A stretch of DNA of 64,000 bases, taken from assembly GCF_009914755.1 (NCBI RefSeq), contig NC_060947.1. One strand, given 5' to 3'. This DNA comes from the human T2T-CHM13v2.0 reference genome, Homo sapiens. The position numbers were made by a program, and so were the translations under genes. Below, piece by piece: positions 50,081 to 64,000 of this stretch. The notes beneath the pieces were generated by a model. It saw only the letters and a list, made by a program, of their open reading frames with translations, did no database searches and was not told where the DNA came from. Positions within the stretch are counted from its first letter, which is position 1; every line of letters begins with the position of its first letter.

Positions 50081-51090
50081 TCTGATAGCCATGTATGAAA
50101 CCTACATTAGATTGGAATGTTACCAATTTGCTCCTGACACACCACTATCTTCATATGCTCCAAAATACTTCCCTGCCACTGCATAAAGAACCAGCATCCT
50201 GGGTATACAGGATACTAAGAAAATAATAATTTCTCCAGGATAGACTATATTTAGGCTAATTCTCAAAAGCATTTGGTTTTTGGGATTAAAGCAATTGTGA
50301 AACCAGGTGGTTCTTGAATCAACCAGCATTCCAAAAGGACCAGACAGGCCCAACAATATACCTAGTGCCTCTGGCCTCTAGTTACACCCACATGGGTGGA
50401 ATACTAGCCCCAAAATTTGAATCATGGGCACATAGCAATCTTATTTCCCAAAATCTGGTATAGGAATGGGGCTTTTATCAATCTGAGGGTGGATTTTTAT
50501 GGTTATTTCTGGTGCTTTTTAACCACGCACACAAATTGCTTCATAAGCCTTCTAAATATTTTAGAAAAATAAAGCATGTTGGGTTTGAAAGATACGAAAA
50601 TATCAACATTTTACTGAAGAAACAAATCATGAATGTAATTTTTTAAACTGTTCATTGGGAACCTCTGTTAAACATTAAGGTAAGTATGGTTTCCTGATGT
50701 TATGCTTTATAAAAAAGATGATTGGGCTTTTTTGTAAAGCACAATATAGCTACATAAAAGTGTTTCTTTTTCTTTGATCTAATATAACCCGGCTAGTTTG
50801 TTGCTGATAGCTATTCAGTATCCAGTCAATAATAACTTGGGAATCCATGGATTAATTCCATTTTTAGTGAGCTGGGATGCAGACAGGAGCATTTGAATCT
50901 TGGAAAACAGTCTCAATCAAAAGGCCTGACCATATCTGCAACTCTCCCTCAACCCTGGACAGGAGCCTCCAAACTAACCTAACATGTTAGCTTTGAATAC
51001 AAGTAAAGCAACATGCATTTATCAGGCTAAGTCACCTTTGGAACTACAATCTTTAAATGTCAGCATCTCTATCTATAAAATCAAACAACT

Positions 51091-51404
51091 GGCCATGCAT
51101 GATTGCTCATACATACCTGTAATCCCAGCACTTTGGGAGGCCAAGGCAGATGGATTGCTTGATCTCAGAAGTTCGAGACCAGCCTGGGCAACATAGCGAA
51201 ACCCTGTCTCTATTAAAATACAAAAATTAGCCAGGTGTGGTGGCAAGCACCTATAATCCCAGCTACTTGGGAGACAGAGGCATGAAGAATTCCTTGAACT
51301 TGGGAGATGGAGGTTGCGGTGAGCCGAGATTGCACCACTGCACTTTAGCCTGGGTGACAGAGCAAGACTCTGTCTCCAAAACAAAATAAATAAATAAATA
51401 AATA
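51091..51404 (+). mobile_element. Alu (old, AluJ/early S-like)
   Basis: Dimeric Alu with (AAAT)n tail; TSD ataaaatcaaacaa(c/t)t (51075-51090, 51405-51420). Confidence 0.95.
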
Positions 51405-52271
51405 ATAAAATCAAACAATTAACGCTGAGCTCTCAGCCTCTCATTCAACTACTTTAAACAACTCTAGACACTACTTGCTACACATTTTTATCATTACAAT
51501 TGCTAGATATCAGGTATATCAGGCCCCTAGGCTGACTTATTAGCATCATATCAGACCAATATTTTATTTCCATTTTCTGGATTGGACTTCCACTGCAAAG
51601 GAAATTATTTGTTTTCAGGACTAACATCTGGAATGAACAGTAAACTTACTATAAAGAATTTGGTTAGCACAGAGTGTGGAATTAAGCAGTTAAAACAAAT
51701 GCAGTTAGTTACATGACAGATTGAGTTTTATTTTTCAACCATCCAAAAAGCCATCAAACAGTGAGAGAAACTGGAGCTTTCCTCTAGTGCAAAAGTCATC
51801 AATGCCATCCTGGCTCCCTGCCAACATCCAACATCGTGGGCTCGGCTTGGCCTGCTGCTCTGCCTCCCTGTTGCCACTTCCCAAACCCCATGCAATGTTT
51901 GTAGATGTATAAGGAAAATACACCCTGGGCTGAGGTGGAGGGGGTATCAGAGTGTGGAGGGAAGAAGGGAAGTAGGGATTTTTTTTTGAGGTACTTAAAA
52001 AAGTAAACAACCACAAAAGAACCCCAAGGCTTTCTGACTTGAAAATCTCTATGTTAATAGTCAAACTTTTTTTGAAGCTCAGTCAACTCTGTCCTCACCC
52101 TCCTGGCAAATAAAACCCATTCACCAAAGCTCAAAGAAAGTTCACGAAAAGTGCATTTTGCTATAATAGACAAGTCATCCAGGCCCAGCCCTCAAGGAAT
52201 TCTCATCAAAACACATTACTAGGGCTAACAATGATACAAACACATGGACAGCATCACGCCAAACACATAAA

Positions 52272-52500
52272 ATAGAAATGGCTGGCCCTTATTAAGCTTT
52301 TATTGTGTGCTAGACTTTGCCATGATTAATAATATAATTATTATAACAGCCCTACAAGATAGATACTATTGATGTTAGCATTTTACAGATTAGGAAATTT
52401 AAGTATAGAAATGTAAAGTAATTTGCCCAAGGTCACACAGCTAGTAAATGACAGAACTAGGATTTAATCTGAGGCACTCTGCTTCCAGATCCCACATTTT
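52272..52500 (-). mobile_element. MIR
   Basis: cattttacagattaggaaa...aagtaatttgcccaaggtcacacagctagtaaatgacagaactaggattt. Confidence 0.8.
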
Positions 52501-52564
52501 TTCCCCAATCCCACCCAGACATTCTTATTCACTAGGGTATAGTGCCTCTCTATTCACCCACAGA

Positions 52565-53230
52565 TATTAGAGTAGGCAGATAGCCAGTCGTGAGCAGGAG
52601 AAGAGAGCCCCTTTGGGGAGGAAAGCCTAGAAAATCTCATACCCCAGAGATCACCCAAAACATGCATGCTAGTTATAAGCACAGCGGAAGGGAAATACCT
52701 ATGCAGGAAGGAATGCCCATTAAGATGCCCAGTAATCATTCAGTCTTCAGTTAACCTGTCAGAATGTAGCTAGATGCATGATGATAAAAGAAAGAGGGCA
52801 AAGGAGGAAATTTCTAAGAAATACATAGGTGCAATTCATAGCCAACACCAGGCCCACGCATGTGCAACAACTAATAGTAAAAGAGGGTCCCACAACCCTG
52901 GGGTGGGAACTAGGCCAGGAAAAGGCAGAGACTTAAGGCAGGAGATGGAAAACTAGACAAAGAAAAAAGGCAGAGACTTAAGACAGAGGCGGGAACTCCA
53001 AGACAAACCCAACATCTTAAAAACTCAAGGCAGAACTCTCAGGGTGCTGCTGGCTCACTCCCTTTCAGGGGTCCACTCTGCTTTATCTTTTGAGAGTGTA
53101 CTGTCTCTCTAAATAAGCTCTCTGCTCTCTGTTTTCCTTCAATAAGTTCTTTTCTTTGGCTAAATCAGCCGCTTGGTAGAATTCTTTCTCCAAGACTAAG
53201 AACTGAGGATTCCTGCACTTCCTGGTAACA
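52565..53230 (+). mobile_element. ERV1 (MER4-group, MER50/73/87-like) solo LTR
   Basis: t(a)ttagagtaggcagatagccag...ttcctggtaaca termini; gagagtgtactgtctctctaaataa R-region motif; 4-bp TSD caga/gaga. Confidence 0.72.
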
Positions 53231-54074
53231 GAGACGTCAAGAACAGTGGAGCACAGTAAACTTATAGCATTTTTCCCACTTAAATGGAGGAAAACTGATC
53301 TAATACTTCACTCCTATCTTTTCTACTTTTCTCTTCCCAAAGAACACCAAGAATACTAGTCCCTTTTCAGTCTCCTGTCATTGGGACTCCTCATCTTCTG
53401 ACAAAAACAAAAACAAAAAACAAAAACAAAAAAAAAGGCCTTTCCTGAACTTGAACCCTTGTAGTCATGCTTCTTGACAATTTAATGCTCTGATTGTATC
53501 AACGTGCTTTATAAAAATTGAGCAATGCTTCTTATGTGTTTTTTAAAGTTAGCTCCCATCATTGCCTGACATGCCTTTTTTGCTACCTGGCACCATACAA
53601 CTTTTATTACAGATGAACCCATGAACATATTATCCATAATCTTTTCCAATTTTAGGCATGCAGGTCCAATGACAGTCTCTCACAGGCCTCTGAAATAGGC
53701 ATTTGTGTACGTAAGCACCTGTTTTAGCTATCTAAATGTAAACATTAGCACTCCACATTCTGTACCACATCTCAGTTTGTATAGAATACTTAATCAATAA
53801 GAGCATATTGTGCCTGATTCTTCCCTTGATGGTTGGTGAATACACTATTATAGAGCTATGGAGGGAGTTTCTAGGCTGAATTACTTAAGGAGTATCAAGT
53901 CAAAAGTTGAACCCATATGTTTATACAGCTGAATAACCTGCATCTGGGCAGTCAGCTAGAGGTGATGATGAAAGGGCCTTCTGTTTAAAATCTGTATTTG
54001 TAAGGTCCACTTATGGAACTGCTACTAAGATATACTTCTAGGTATTACTTCCCAGCACATATAAAAGCCATACT

Positions 54075-54338
54075 TGCAGTATATCGTAGTGGTTAGAGGC
54101 CCAAGCTTTGGCAATAAGTTTGAATTTTAATCCTGGCTCCACCATTTGTTGACTGTGACCTTGGTCAACTCATTTTACCTTGCTAACCTCAGTTTCCTCA
54201 TCTATAAATACAGATAGTAATAGTATCTACCTCATAAATTCACCTGCACTTTAAATGAGATGTTTTATGCAAACTAATCATCCAATGTTTGGCTGTTTGG
54301 CACACAGTAAGCAACTAATAAACAGTAGTTATCAGTTA
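54075..54338 (+). mobile_element. MIR
   Basis: gtagtggttagagg...tgtgaccttggtcaactc...cctcagtttcctcatctataaa. Confidence 0.8.
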
Positions 54339-54669
54339 TCATACAGTCTCCCAATTCTGTCAAATTATTCTACCTTGTACATTCAGTAAAAGGGGCATAG
54401 ATGGGGCAGAGAGCAAGTTGCAGCCCATCAGCAGCTTCACAGAAAATCTTAGGGCTCCCCTAAGGTAAAGAGAAAAACTGAGGCCACTGTGTTTGCATAT
54501 GTAATCCAGTCCTATTCCAGTTGATGTCAGAATAGATAGGCACACATTTTTGGCATTTGAAATAAAAGCAGGAGGAGGAAATTACAAGAGTGAGCATGCA
54601 CAACAAAATGCTCTTAATTTTTCCTGTAATGAAACAGAATCAAAGTGGATCATTATAACTGTTCATTGA

Positions 54670-54970
<301 letters not shown>

Positions 54971-55714
54971 TCATATTAACACATGTGAGACAATGATAAC
55001 TTTGCCTGATTTTAGAATGAGAATGTGAGTGTCAAAATGCAAATGCCAAGGGGAAACCCAGTTGCCTCATTTTTTTCAATATTAATGTTTTTCTTTTGTC
55101 TACTGAATTCTAGAGCTATTTTATTTAAATTCAGTGTTTGTATGTAATCTTGCCTGTGGTTGGCATTCTTCAATAAAAAATGGTTCAGCAGAACAAAAAC
55201 AAAATCTAGTAATTATGGCTGTAGCTACAATGTTTGTTAAAACTCAAAAGCAGACAATAGAAATGATTGTTTAATCACTGAAATTCAAAGAACAAAAAAA
55301 ATCTCCCCGTTACCCTTTTGTTGAACCTGGCCCAGTGAAGGAGAATTATAGCTGAATGAACCAATGCAGATGTGTGTCTCTTTTTAAAATATTTTAAAGG
55401 TGCAAAACAGATTTCCCAAAGCAAGTTTGGTGCTGATGAGTTTTCTTCATTGGTAAATACTGCCTACCAGCCTCCAGTTGCCGACACACAAGACAGGTGA
55501 AAATATGATTGTAAGAGGTGTGATAACGGCTCCCTCACCATACTTTATTAATTCCAAGATGCGCTTGTATAGGTGTTAAGTACTTTTTTCTGCCTCTTAC
55601 TAAAAGATTTCAGGATATTTTGAGCAGATGTGGCTAAGAGGTGATAAAGAAACTAGCTATATTTTACTGAAACATAATGTAATGGTAGTCTTGTGTCACC
55701 ATGTGTAGTGGTCA

Positions 55715-55940
55715 CTGAATCATTCATTCAAGCTTTCAGTGAATACTTATCGAGAGCCTACTATGTGTTGAGGAATCAAGAGTAAATCCCAGTGATGTGA
55801 TCCACAATTTCATAGAGCTTACAGTCTAGTAGACATGGACAACAAGAGAGTAAACAAAAACATATAATAATTTCAAGCTGTGAATAATGCAATGTAGAAA
55901 ATACAGCATTGTTAAAGTGCCTAATGGGAAAGAAATATTT
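55715..55940 (-). mobile_element. L2 fragment
   Basis: cattcattca...atacttatcgagagcctactatgtg...catagagcttacagtctagt. Confidence 0.6.
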
Positions 55941-58775
55941 CTAGACAGCATAGCATCCACTGGGGAAATTGTCCAGTTTGACCACTTCAAGGATGAATTG
56001 ACCATCTTGAAGCACGAAGATTAATGACCCTGGTAAGTTTAGCCCAGTTACTCTACCTGCTCATAGCATTTAATTTACCTAAGGAAAACTTACCAAAAGA
56101 AAATAAAATGTGTTGACATGCCTGGTAACATAAATGCCCTCATTTATTTCGTGTGACTTATGGAAAAGGATCAGCTTTGAGCTTTTTTTCAGGATGGTTG
56201 CTGTTTAATTTTACAAAACATTCTTTTATTCCCACATCACAGGAAAAAGCATAAAGGTATCACTGTGCCCTCCCTCAATTGTTAATCATATTTGTTCATG
56301 ACTCCCCCATTCCCTCCCCTTCTTTCAAAACAGAAACAGTCTAGAGTATTTAAATGTTTCTTCTTCCAGGTATTTCTCAGGTATTTCGATTGTTGGGTTT
56401 TGTTTTTAATTTATTCTCCTGATTTTTTTGAAGGAACATTGATCATGAAATAAAGCATCCCAAGCTGTTACCTCACTTTCTGTAACAGAGGAGTCTTTAT
56501 TACATTGCTGACAGGATTCCATTAAAATGTTAGAGTGTAATCATTCATCTTATTAACCAGTCCCAGAACTGGCCAGAAGAGCACAAAGGAATAGAGGAGG
56601 TCTTGAATAGAAAATGCATCTGTTTGGTTGCTATAAGGAATGGAGCTGCTGAAAGACTTTGCCCTTCTTGCACCTGTTCATACTGTCAACAACATCCTTG
56701 CTTTCAAAGGGGCTGTTTGTTGTGGTGGTGGTTTGTTTGATTCTTGGAGTGGTAAATGATCAAATTCTGACAAATCTGTGATGTTATATAAAACCATGGT
56801 AATTCATCAACTTGGAGCACATTTCCTGGCACTCACACAAGGTCACTGCCCTTGATCAAGCCCTGCACTGATCTCCTCTGAACTCTGTCAAAAACAAGGA
56901 CTATATTGTTTATTACCATCATTCCAGGAAGGTACAGCTTTCCCTCCGTCTCCCCCTCCCAATCCTATTTCAAACTAATTTGTTGTTTTTATCCTTTAAA
57001 CCATATCTAATTAATAGCTTCTTATTGCAGGAAGTTGCAGTCACCTATAGGGAGGATGAAAGGAATCATGATACTATATAAGAAAAAGCAAATGAATGGT
57101 TCCTCCACTGACTCTTAGGTACAGAAAATGACAGATCTTCCTTGGGGGAAAACAAAAAATGTGGTTGTCAGTGCACACTCTTCTCTTTCTCTTTTCAAAA
57201 TGATTGGAAAAGTGTAGCCAGAATAATGCCTAGTTTCCACATAGATGAAGTTCTAAGCTGATAACTCATGTGGTTTTTCTTTTGGTTGTTGTGGGGATTT
57301 AAAAACTAATTTTAAACACAGAGATAGTCTTCAAAATGTGTCTGGCAACAGACCTGGATCTCTAAATGATAAGACAGGTATGAAAGAAAACTATTTATTC
57401 AATAGGATTTCTAAACTACAGGAAATGTTCTGGCATTTTGGCAAGGAGTATTAAGCTCTAGCTGTGTGATAAATAAGTTGGTCTTTTAATAATGTGTTCT
57501 TCCTTAGTGTTTGTTCTTTCATCTACATAAGAGAGTAGGGGGAAATCCCTTGCACCATTGTCTCTCAGTATACTAAATTTCTATATTGTTGGTTGGTACT
57601 GAAGGCAAGTTGAAATCAAAATTCTCACATAAATCATTCATTGGGATTTATGGATATCATAAAGATATGTAGAGTAAAGATTCCACCACTCTTCTTTAAC
57701 AGTATTACTGGTTATAGCCCTCTCTGCAATATACTGGTAAATTGTATTATCTGTATTAGTACTCCAAATAAATATAAGCATCTGCTGTAGGTAACAGGGC
57801 AATTAATTAAGCAGCCACTCTCCTTATGTAATCGGACCCTGTTGAATATGTCCTAAGAATCAATGAAAGAAAGACACACCTCTCATTTCAATTCACACAA
57901 TATTCATCAAATTCTGTAGTTGGTGGTGTAAGGAAGACCTGCACATGGACCTGGAAGAGGCTCCTTTATGGGCTTTCTGAAAATGTGTGTTCTTTTATAA
58001 AAAGCTTAACAGTAGGTCAGCCTAAGAACACAAGAAACAGGGAGGCTCAGAATAATCTTTTAAAAGCTGCTCCTTTTAACAAAAAAAAATTGATGAAAAA
58101 GGGGAATGGAGGGATGCATACTTGGTAGGGTGTTAACACAATCACTCAAAAACAGCAGCATCCAACTTTACAGGAAGCAGAAATCAAGGGATTAACAACC
58201 TTGTCCATCCATACATGGATCTATAATGCAAAACAGCTTCTAGCAAACTAATTAAGGCTTGAGGTTGATCATAAGGTCACCATAGAGTTGGCTGGAACAA
58301 GCCTTTCCCCAAGACATTTCAAATAAAAATAGATAAGAAGAAGAAGAGGAGGAAGAATATTTCATATCATTTGAATAAAATGTCTTTGGAATACTTGGAA
58401 AAATTTAATTTGATGTAACATACAATCTAAGTAAAAAGAATATACTGTTACATTTTCAAGGCAAATTTTCTAGAAACATACCAAATACATACTTGCTTTT
58501 TATTTCCTGGATAGAAATATTGGAGCCACTACAGTGGTTGAGAGTTAGAGGGTGGGGGTGGGGTTAGGAATAGGCTCTCATCAAAGTTACTAGGGTTTTT
58601 TTCAACCAGGTTTGCATGAAATTAGATGAATGACAGCCAGGAGAGAAGCCTAAATCAAAGTTTAAGCATGGTCCTTGGTTTTGTCCCTGATGCCTCATTA
58701 ATCTTCCTATCCTGAGGCCTCAACTTACTGTTGTAGTATGGGGAGAAGGGACTGTTTCAAACTAACCATTCATTC

Positions 58776-61233
58776 TGCTATGATCTGAATGTTTGTGTCT
58801 CCCCAGAATTCACATGTTGAAACCATAATGCCCAAAGTAATGGTATGAGGAGGTATGGTTTTTAGAGAAATGATTAGATAATAATGGAGGAGCCCTCATG
58901 AATGGGATTAGTGCCCTTATGAAAGAAGCCTTAGAGAGACATCTCCCCCACCTTATTCCTTCCATCATGTAAAAACACAGAAGGTGCTACCTGTGAGGAA
59001 GCAGGTACTCACCATACACTAAATCTGCTGGCAGATTTAGGTACTCACCATACATAAAATCTGCTGGACTTCTTAGCCTCTGAAACTGTGAGAAATAAAT
59101 GTCTGTTGTTTGTAAGCCATCCAATGTATAGTATTTTGTTAAAGTAGCCTAAAGGACTAAGATAGGAAATTGGTACCAGGAAGTAAGAGTGATATTGTAT
59201 GTAACAAATACCTAAAAATGTGGAAGAGGATTTGAATCCAGGTAATGGGTAGGAGCTGGAAGAGTTTTGAGATTCATGCTAGAAAAAGTCTACATTGTTA
59301 TTAAGAATAATTCTGGTGAGGGCTCAGAAGGAAAAGGGGACAGCTGTAGAGAAAGCCTCAACCTCTTAGAGAACGTGTAACTGGTTGTGAGCAAAATTAC
59401 TGGAAGAAATATGGACAATTTCTGATGAGGCCATTCTGATGAGGTCTCAGACAGAAAAAAGGAACATGTTATTGGACAAAGGAGGAAAGGCCACCCTTGT
59501 TATTAAGTAGAAAAGTACTTGGCTGAATTGTGTTAGTGTCCTAGTGTTTTGTGGAAGATAGAATTTGTGAATGATGAAAGCAGATATTTGGCTGAAGAGA
59601 TTTCTAAGCAAAGTGTTGAAAGCATGGTTTGGCTCTTCTTGACTGCTTGTAGTAAAATTAGAGAAGAGAGAAATGACTTAAAGATATAATTGTTCATCAA
59701 AAGGAGAGCAAAATTTAAAAATCTGGAGATTTTGCAGCTGATTCATATTGGAAAAAATGAGAAAACCTGTTCAGGAAAGAACAAAGGTGCAGCCAAGAGA
59801 CTATTTGATAAGGAGATTCATATGAATTGAACATCTCAACGGAAGTCAAGTACTATTCATCAAGACAATGGGATTATTAGTCAGCCATCTAAACAAAAGC
59901 CAGGACCTATTGTATAAGACAATAGAAGAAGGACCCAAAAGACATATCAGAGATCATCAGGGCTTCTTCTCCACCATAGGCCCAGAGTGCCAGGGTTTAG
60001 GGGGCAAAATTACATCAAAGGAAGGGTTTAAGCTGCTTCAGATTGTAAATTCCACCCTTCTTACTCAGTTGCCTTATTCCTTGGCTGCCCTAGATATGAC
60101 TCTAGTAGGCCTGGGTCAATGTGTACTTGTACCCAGCAAAACCGTATGGGCAGGGCTGCCTCCAGATAGCCACGGGACCCAAGTAGAGAACAAACACAGG
60201 GGCAAAGCCACCATAGAGATCCCTCACTAGGGCAATGCCCAATAGATCCATGAAGGCAGAGTCACACCTGCAATTCCAGACTGCTAGAGCTACATGCCAG
60301 CAACTCCAACATGTGAGAGCTATGGCATGGGCTTTGCCCAGCAGTGCCATAGGGTCAAGGTTGCCTAGAGCCTTGGGAACCCAATCTCTGCCTTGCAATG
60401 TTGCAAAGGCAGGATAGCTGACTCAGTGGGTCTGGAAGGCAGGACCTCCACTGCAATGGGCCTGGAGGGCAGAATACTGAGCCAAAGATTATTCATGAGC
60501 CTTAAGATTTTGGATTTGTTTGGGATTTGCCACTCCTTTCCTCCCTATTTCTTCCTTTTGGAATAAGAATGTCTATCCTGTGTTTGTCCTATCATTGCAT
60601 TTTGGAAGCACATAATACATTTGATTTCACAGGTTCACAGCTGGAGAATAATTTGCCTCAGGATACCCTGAGTCTCATTCATACCTGATTTAAATTATAT
60701 TTAGATGAGACTTTGAACTTTAGACTTTTGAGTTGATGTCAGAATGAGTTAAGACTTTGGGTGCTATTGGAATGAAATAAATGTATTTTGCATGTGCTAT
60801 TGGAATGAAATAAATGTATTTTGCATGTGAGACAGATATGAATTTGGGGGGCTCAGGGGAAAAATGCTATGGTCTGAATGTTTGTGTCCTCCCAAAATTC
60901 ATGTGTTGACATCCTAATCCCCAAGGTGATGACATTAGGAGGTTGGGCCTTTGGGAGGTGATTTGCTCATAAAGGCAGAACCCTCATGAATAGGATTAGT
61001 GCCCTTATAAAAGAGGCCCAAGAGAAACACCTCTCACCACTTCCACCATGTGAACACACAGCAAAAAGACACTGTCTAAGAGCCAGAAAGCAGGCCTTCA
61101 CCAGATACTGAATCTGCTGGAAACTTGATCTTGTACTTCACAACCACTAGAACTGTGAGAATAAATTTCTGTTGTTAATAAGCTACCCAGTCTAAGATAT
61201 TTTGTAATAGCAATAGCTGCCCAGACTAAGACA
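58776..61233 (+). mobile_element. Full-length MLT1A-type MaLR: 5'LTR 58776-59164, internal 59165-60864, 3'LTR 60865-61233
   Basis: Two LTRs starting tgctatg(a/g)tctgaatgtttgtgtc and ending gactaaga(t/c)a; internal region starts ggaaattggtacc and resembles the THE1 internal region at 6688. Confidence 0.9.
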
Positions 61234-62214
61234 AATCTATTTTGTTAACTTCAAAATAGAATGAATTTTTAATTGAATATTTAAAATATAAAGGTATTTT
61301 ACGTCAGATGATATAAAAGAAAGAAAGCACTTTGAAAAAGGAGAAAGTGTTACACAAAGCTAAAGACTTCTCATGACAACTTTAGCTATAGTTTTGCCAT
61401 AAACAGTGTTTAAAGGGGTCCACACCATTTCACCACATGTTAGCATTGATGGTCAAAACAGACAACTGAGCACTTACCTCTTTAGGTAACCTTTGATAAA
61501 ATAAGTCTGGTTGTGCATCCAAAGCTTGGTAATCTACCACCTTCAACTCTCACTGCTGTAGAAAACCTCAGCAAACTTCAAATATGGGCAAAGTGGGAGA
61601 CTGCCTCTGCAAAATGTTAATGTTTAATTATCAAACTCCTATTAGACTAAAGAAGCGGTTTGGGGAAGATGCTATGCAATTGCACTGTTAGTGATTTTAG
61701 TGAAATTGAGTACTAAATTGGAACTCAAATGGGATTTTTAGTACAAAAGTCACCTTTGTGAGTCACAGTCCAGCTGGCCAAGGGTTACCCTTAAAGACTC
61801 ATTTATGATTTTATTTTTCCAATGTGTGCAATTTACTCAATTCGTGAGTATCCCTGTTGACATGAAACACACTGAGTTTGGGTATACAAAATTAATCATT
61901 CATTTGCATTTAAACATTCTTTCCAAACAATTCTTCCTAAGCTGATGTCATGAAGCTGATTGGACTTGTACCAAATACTGAAAGCCAATATTAGTATGTT
62001 TCTATGGAATTTCTAGAACTAGTGAATGCCAACTCAGAGATTCCTTATAATGTTTCTTAATATGAAGCCTTATCTTTGGACATTTGAAGGTCAAACCTAT
62101 GAATCATCAATTAACATAATCTGACTTATCAAGACAAATACAGTAGTGTTTGAGGTAAAGGGTGTATCTCTCAAGTAAACAGGCTAACCAAATAAGAAAA
62201 ATATATTTAGCAAA

Positions 62215-62651
62215 GCTCTTGGTTTGGGTTCCCCCAAGAACAGATCCTGAGATAAAACTCAAGAGCAATGTTTTTGGGGAGCTGATCCAGGAAATACCCA
62301 CAGAAAAGTGGGGAAATGAGGCAAGGAAGGGAAAGAAGCCAATACAAAAGGGCAACAAGAGCTCAATCTTGGTGTGGGACTCTGGAGAAATTTATTCCAA
62401 CTGAGGACTAAGGAACTACAATATTTACCCACAAAATTCCCCTCAGACATTGGTTTAAGGATGTTTCCAGGGCCATTAATTCTCTGGCACTTCAGGCTTG
62501 CTTTGCATCTAGGACAAGTGCTCCCACAGGCAAAAAAAAAAAAAAAAAAAAATCCTTAGACAGATAGTCAAGGGTATAAGCAGTCTCCAGTATGTATGTA
62601 TTGAGATGAGTTTCAAGAAATATGGATGGGGCATCACAGTTGTCTGTTACA
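62215..62651 (-). mobile_element. Old ERVL-type LTR (LTR33/LTR16-like), subfamily uncertain
   Basis: cagatcctgagataa...tgatccaggaaat...ggggaaatgaggcaaggaagggaaagaagccaata; ends tgttaca. Confidence 0.5.
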
Positions 62652-62654
62652 CTC

Positions 62655-62752
62655 AAGCAGCAACATCAGAATAACCTGGGATCTTGTTCGAAATGCAAAA
62701 ATCTCAGGCACCGCTTCATCTCCATGCACGTTAAAATTTGAGAGGTGCTATG
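62655..62752. mobile_element. MER5-like DNA transposon fragment
   Basis: catcagaataacctgggatcttgttcgaaatgcaaa...atgcacgttaaaatttgaga. Confidence 0.5.
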
Positions 62753-62758
62753 GTATGA

Positions 62759-62798
62759 GATACATAGATTAGATAGATTAGATAGATAGATATATAGT

Positions 62799-62830
<32 letters not shown>
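62759..62830. repeat. (GATA)n/(GACA)n tetranucleotide microsatellite
   Basis: Seen directly. Confidence 0.9.
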
Positions 62831-63689
62831 AACAACCCATCTCAAATAGAACCAAGTACATCTAGATGCTGTTTTGAGCCAAAAGAAGCAAAAGAGCAAT
62901 CTGGAATTCTAATAAAGGAATCCCTTTTTGGTTGCCCACTAACATGCTTTGTCAGAGCCAATTAATCTAAAGTCCCATAGACAAACATCAAAACGGCAAG
63001 AAAGTGCCCCTGAAGATGCAGAAATTTCTATAGTTTCAATACCTGAAGGGTGTGGGGCTATTGCCAAGAGGCTGCCTAGGGTTTTAGCACCTTATCTCCA
63101 AGCTGAAAACTAGTCAAGACCATCATAGTATGTATTTCTTAATAAACTATTTCCATAATGATGGTTATTCTGATCCAAATCTGATTCATTTTCTTACGAA
63201 GTATATTAGAAATGCATCATAATGAGAAAATGTTGGCTTGAGTACAAACTTAAAAGCAGCAGTTGACATTGTTAGGCTCTTCAGGCTCCCTAAATAATTC
63301 CTCAAAGCAAGAAGAATGCTGCAGATCACCTAGAAATAATTGTCAATGCTAGGTCTTCCATATATATACAAGGAAGCTGGGGATGAGAGAGAAGGCTCTG
63401 CTAACCCATAGAAAGTGAATAAAATCTAACAGGGATTACAGTCTGGGAATTAGCATCTGGAAAGCATACTGAGTTAACAAGCCCAAGATCATGGGGTAAG
63501 AAGCTTCAGATGGAAGATATCTGTTACATAGGCAACCAGCCACCCACAAGGAGGACACATCATACTGAAATCTGAATTGTAACTTCGGTTACAAATTTCA
63601 GCACATTTTTCAGCACGTTTTAATTGCATTATGACACATTGTTACCTCTATGAGGAAACTATAAAATTATCATCAACATGACATATAAC

Positions 63690-63920
63690 ATGTATTTTTA
63701 TATGCCAAACATATGCACTTGCATGCTTCCACTTACATGTAATTCTCAACCTGATGAGGTGAGGTGCTATAATTAATTCCTGTGTTATAGATGAGGAAAC
63801 TGAGACTGAGAGAAGATAGGTAACTCACTTTCCCAATGTTATACAACTATCAAATTGCCCAGTTAGGATTTGAACACCAAACCTATGGTGACTCTGAAAC
63901 CCACACACTTATGCCCAAGA
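63690..63920 (-). mobile_element. MIR
   Basis: ttatagatgaggaaactgagactgagagaagataggtaact...ggatttgaacaccaa. Confidence 0.75.
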
Positions 63921-64000
63921 CGCTTCTATCTCATTATAAGATACTCTACCCTTTATTAGTGAACCAGTCATATTTGAAAAAACCAGCCCATCACAAGTCA

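Noticed and set aside
51073-51414. 113-aa ORF
   Set aside because: Antisense Alu translation
59868-60417. ORFs of 60-120 aa
   Set aside because: They lie within the degenerate MLT1A internal region

Overview
This is primate genomic DNA (human or great ape, judged from the L1PA2-type, THE1 and Alu content). It is AT-rich and dominated by retroelements, and I found no recognisable intact host gene. Bases 1-32.5 kb are almost entirely a nested stack of retrotransposons. An old + strand L1M element hosts an MLT1 LTR, a complete THE1D element, a young L1PA2-like copy and a 19-kb-expanded - strand L1MA. That L1MA in turn hosts a CTDSPL2 processed pseudogene abutting an L1 5'UTR/ORF1, a full-length L1PA8 carrying an RPSA processed pseudogene, and a second L1PA2-like copy with a complex inversion/deletion junction. 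Bases 32.5-64 kb are ordinary intergenic/intronic DNA with L1PB, MLT2A, a full MLT1A, an ERV1 solo LTR, two Alus, L2/MIR fragments and microsatellites. The most notable observations are: (1) all three young L1s share a Cys->Trp change at the last ligand of the ORF2p CCHC zinc knuckle; (2) an L1 insertion has its TSD displaced by an inverted host segment; (3) an L1-ORF1/CTDSPL2 junction and several fold-back templated repair scars; (4) a poly(A)-only insertion. Subfamily names come from recalled consensus sequences and need RepeatMasker/Dfam confirmation. I see no convincing evidence of a wholly new biological system.
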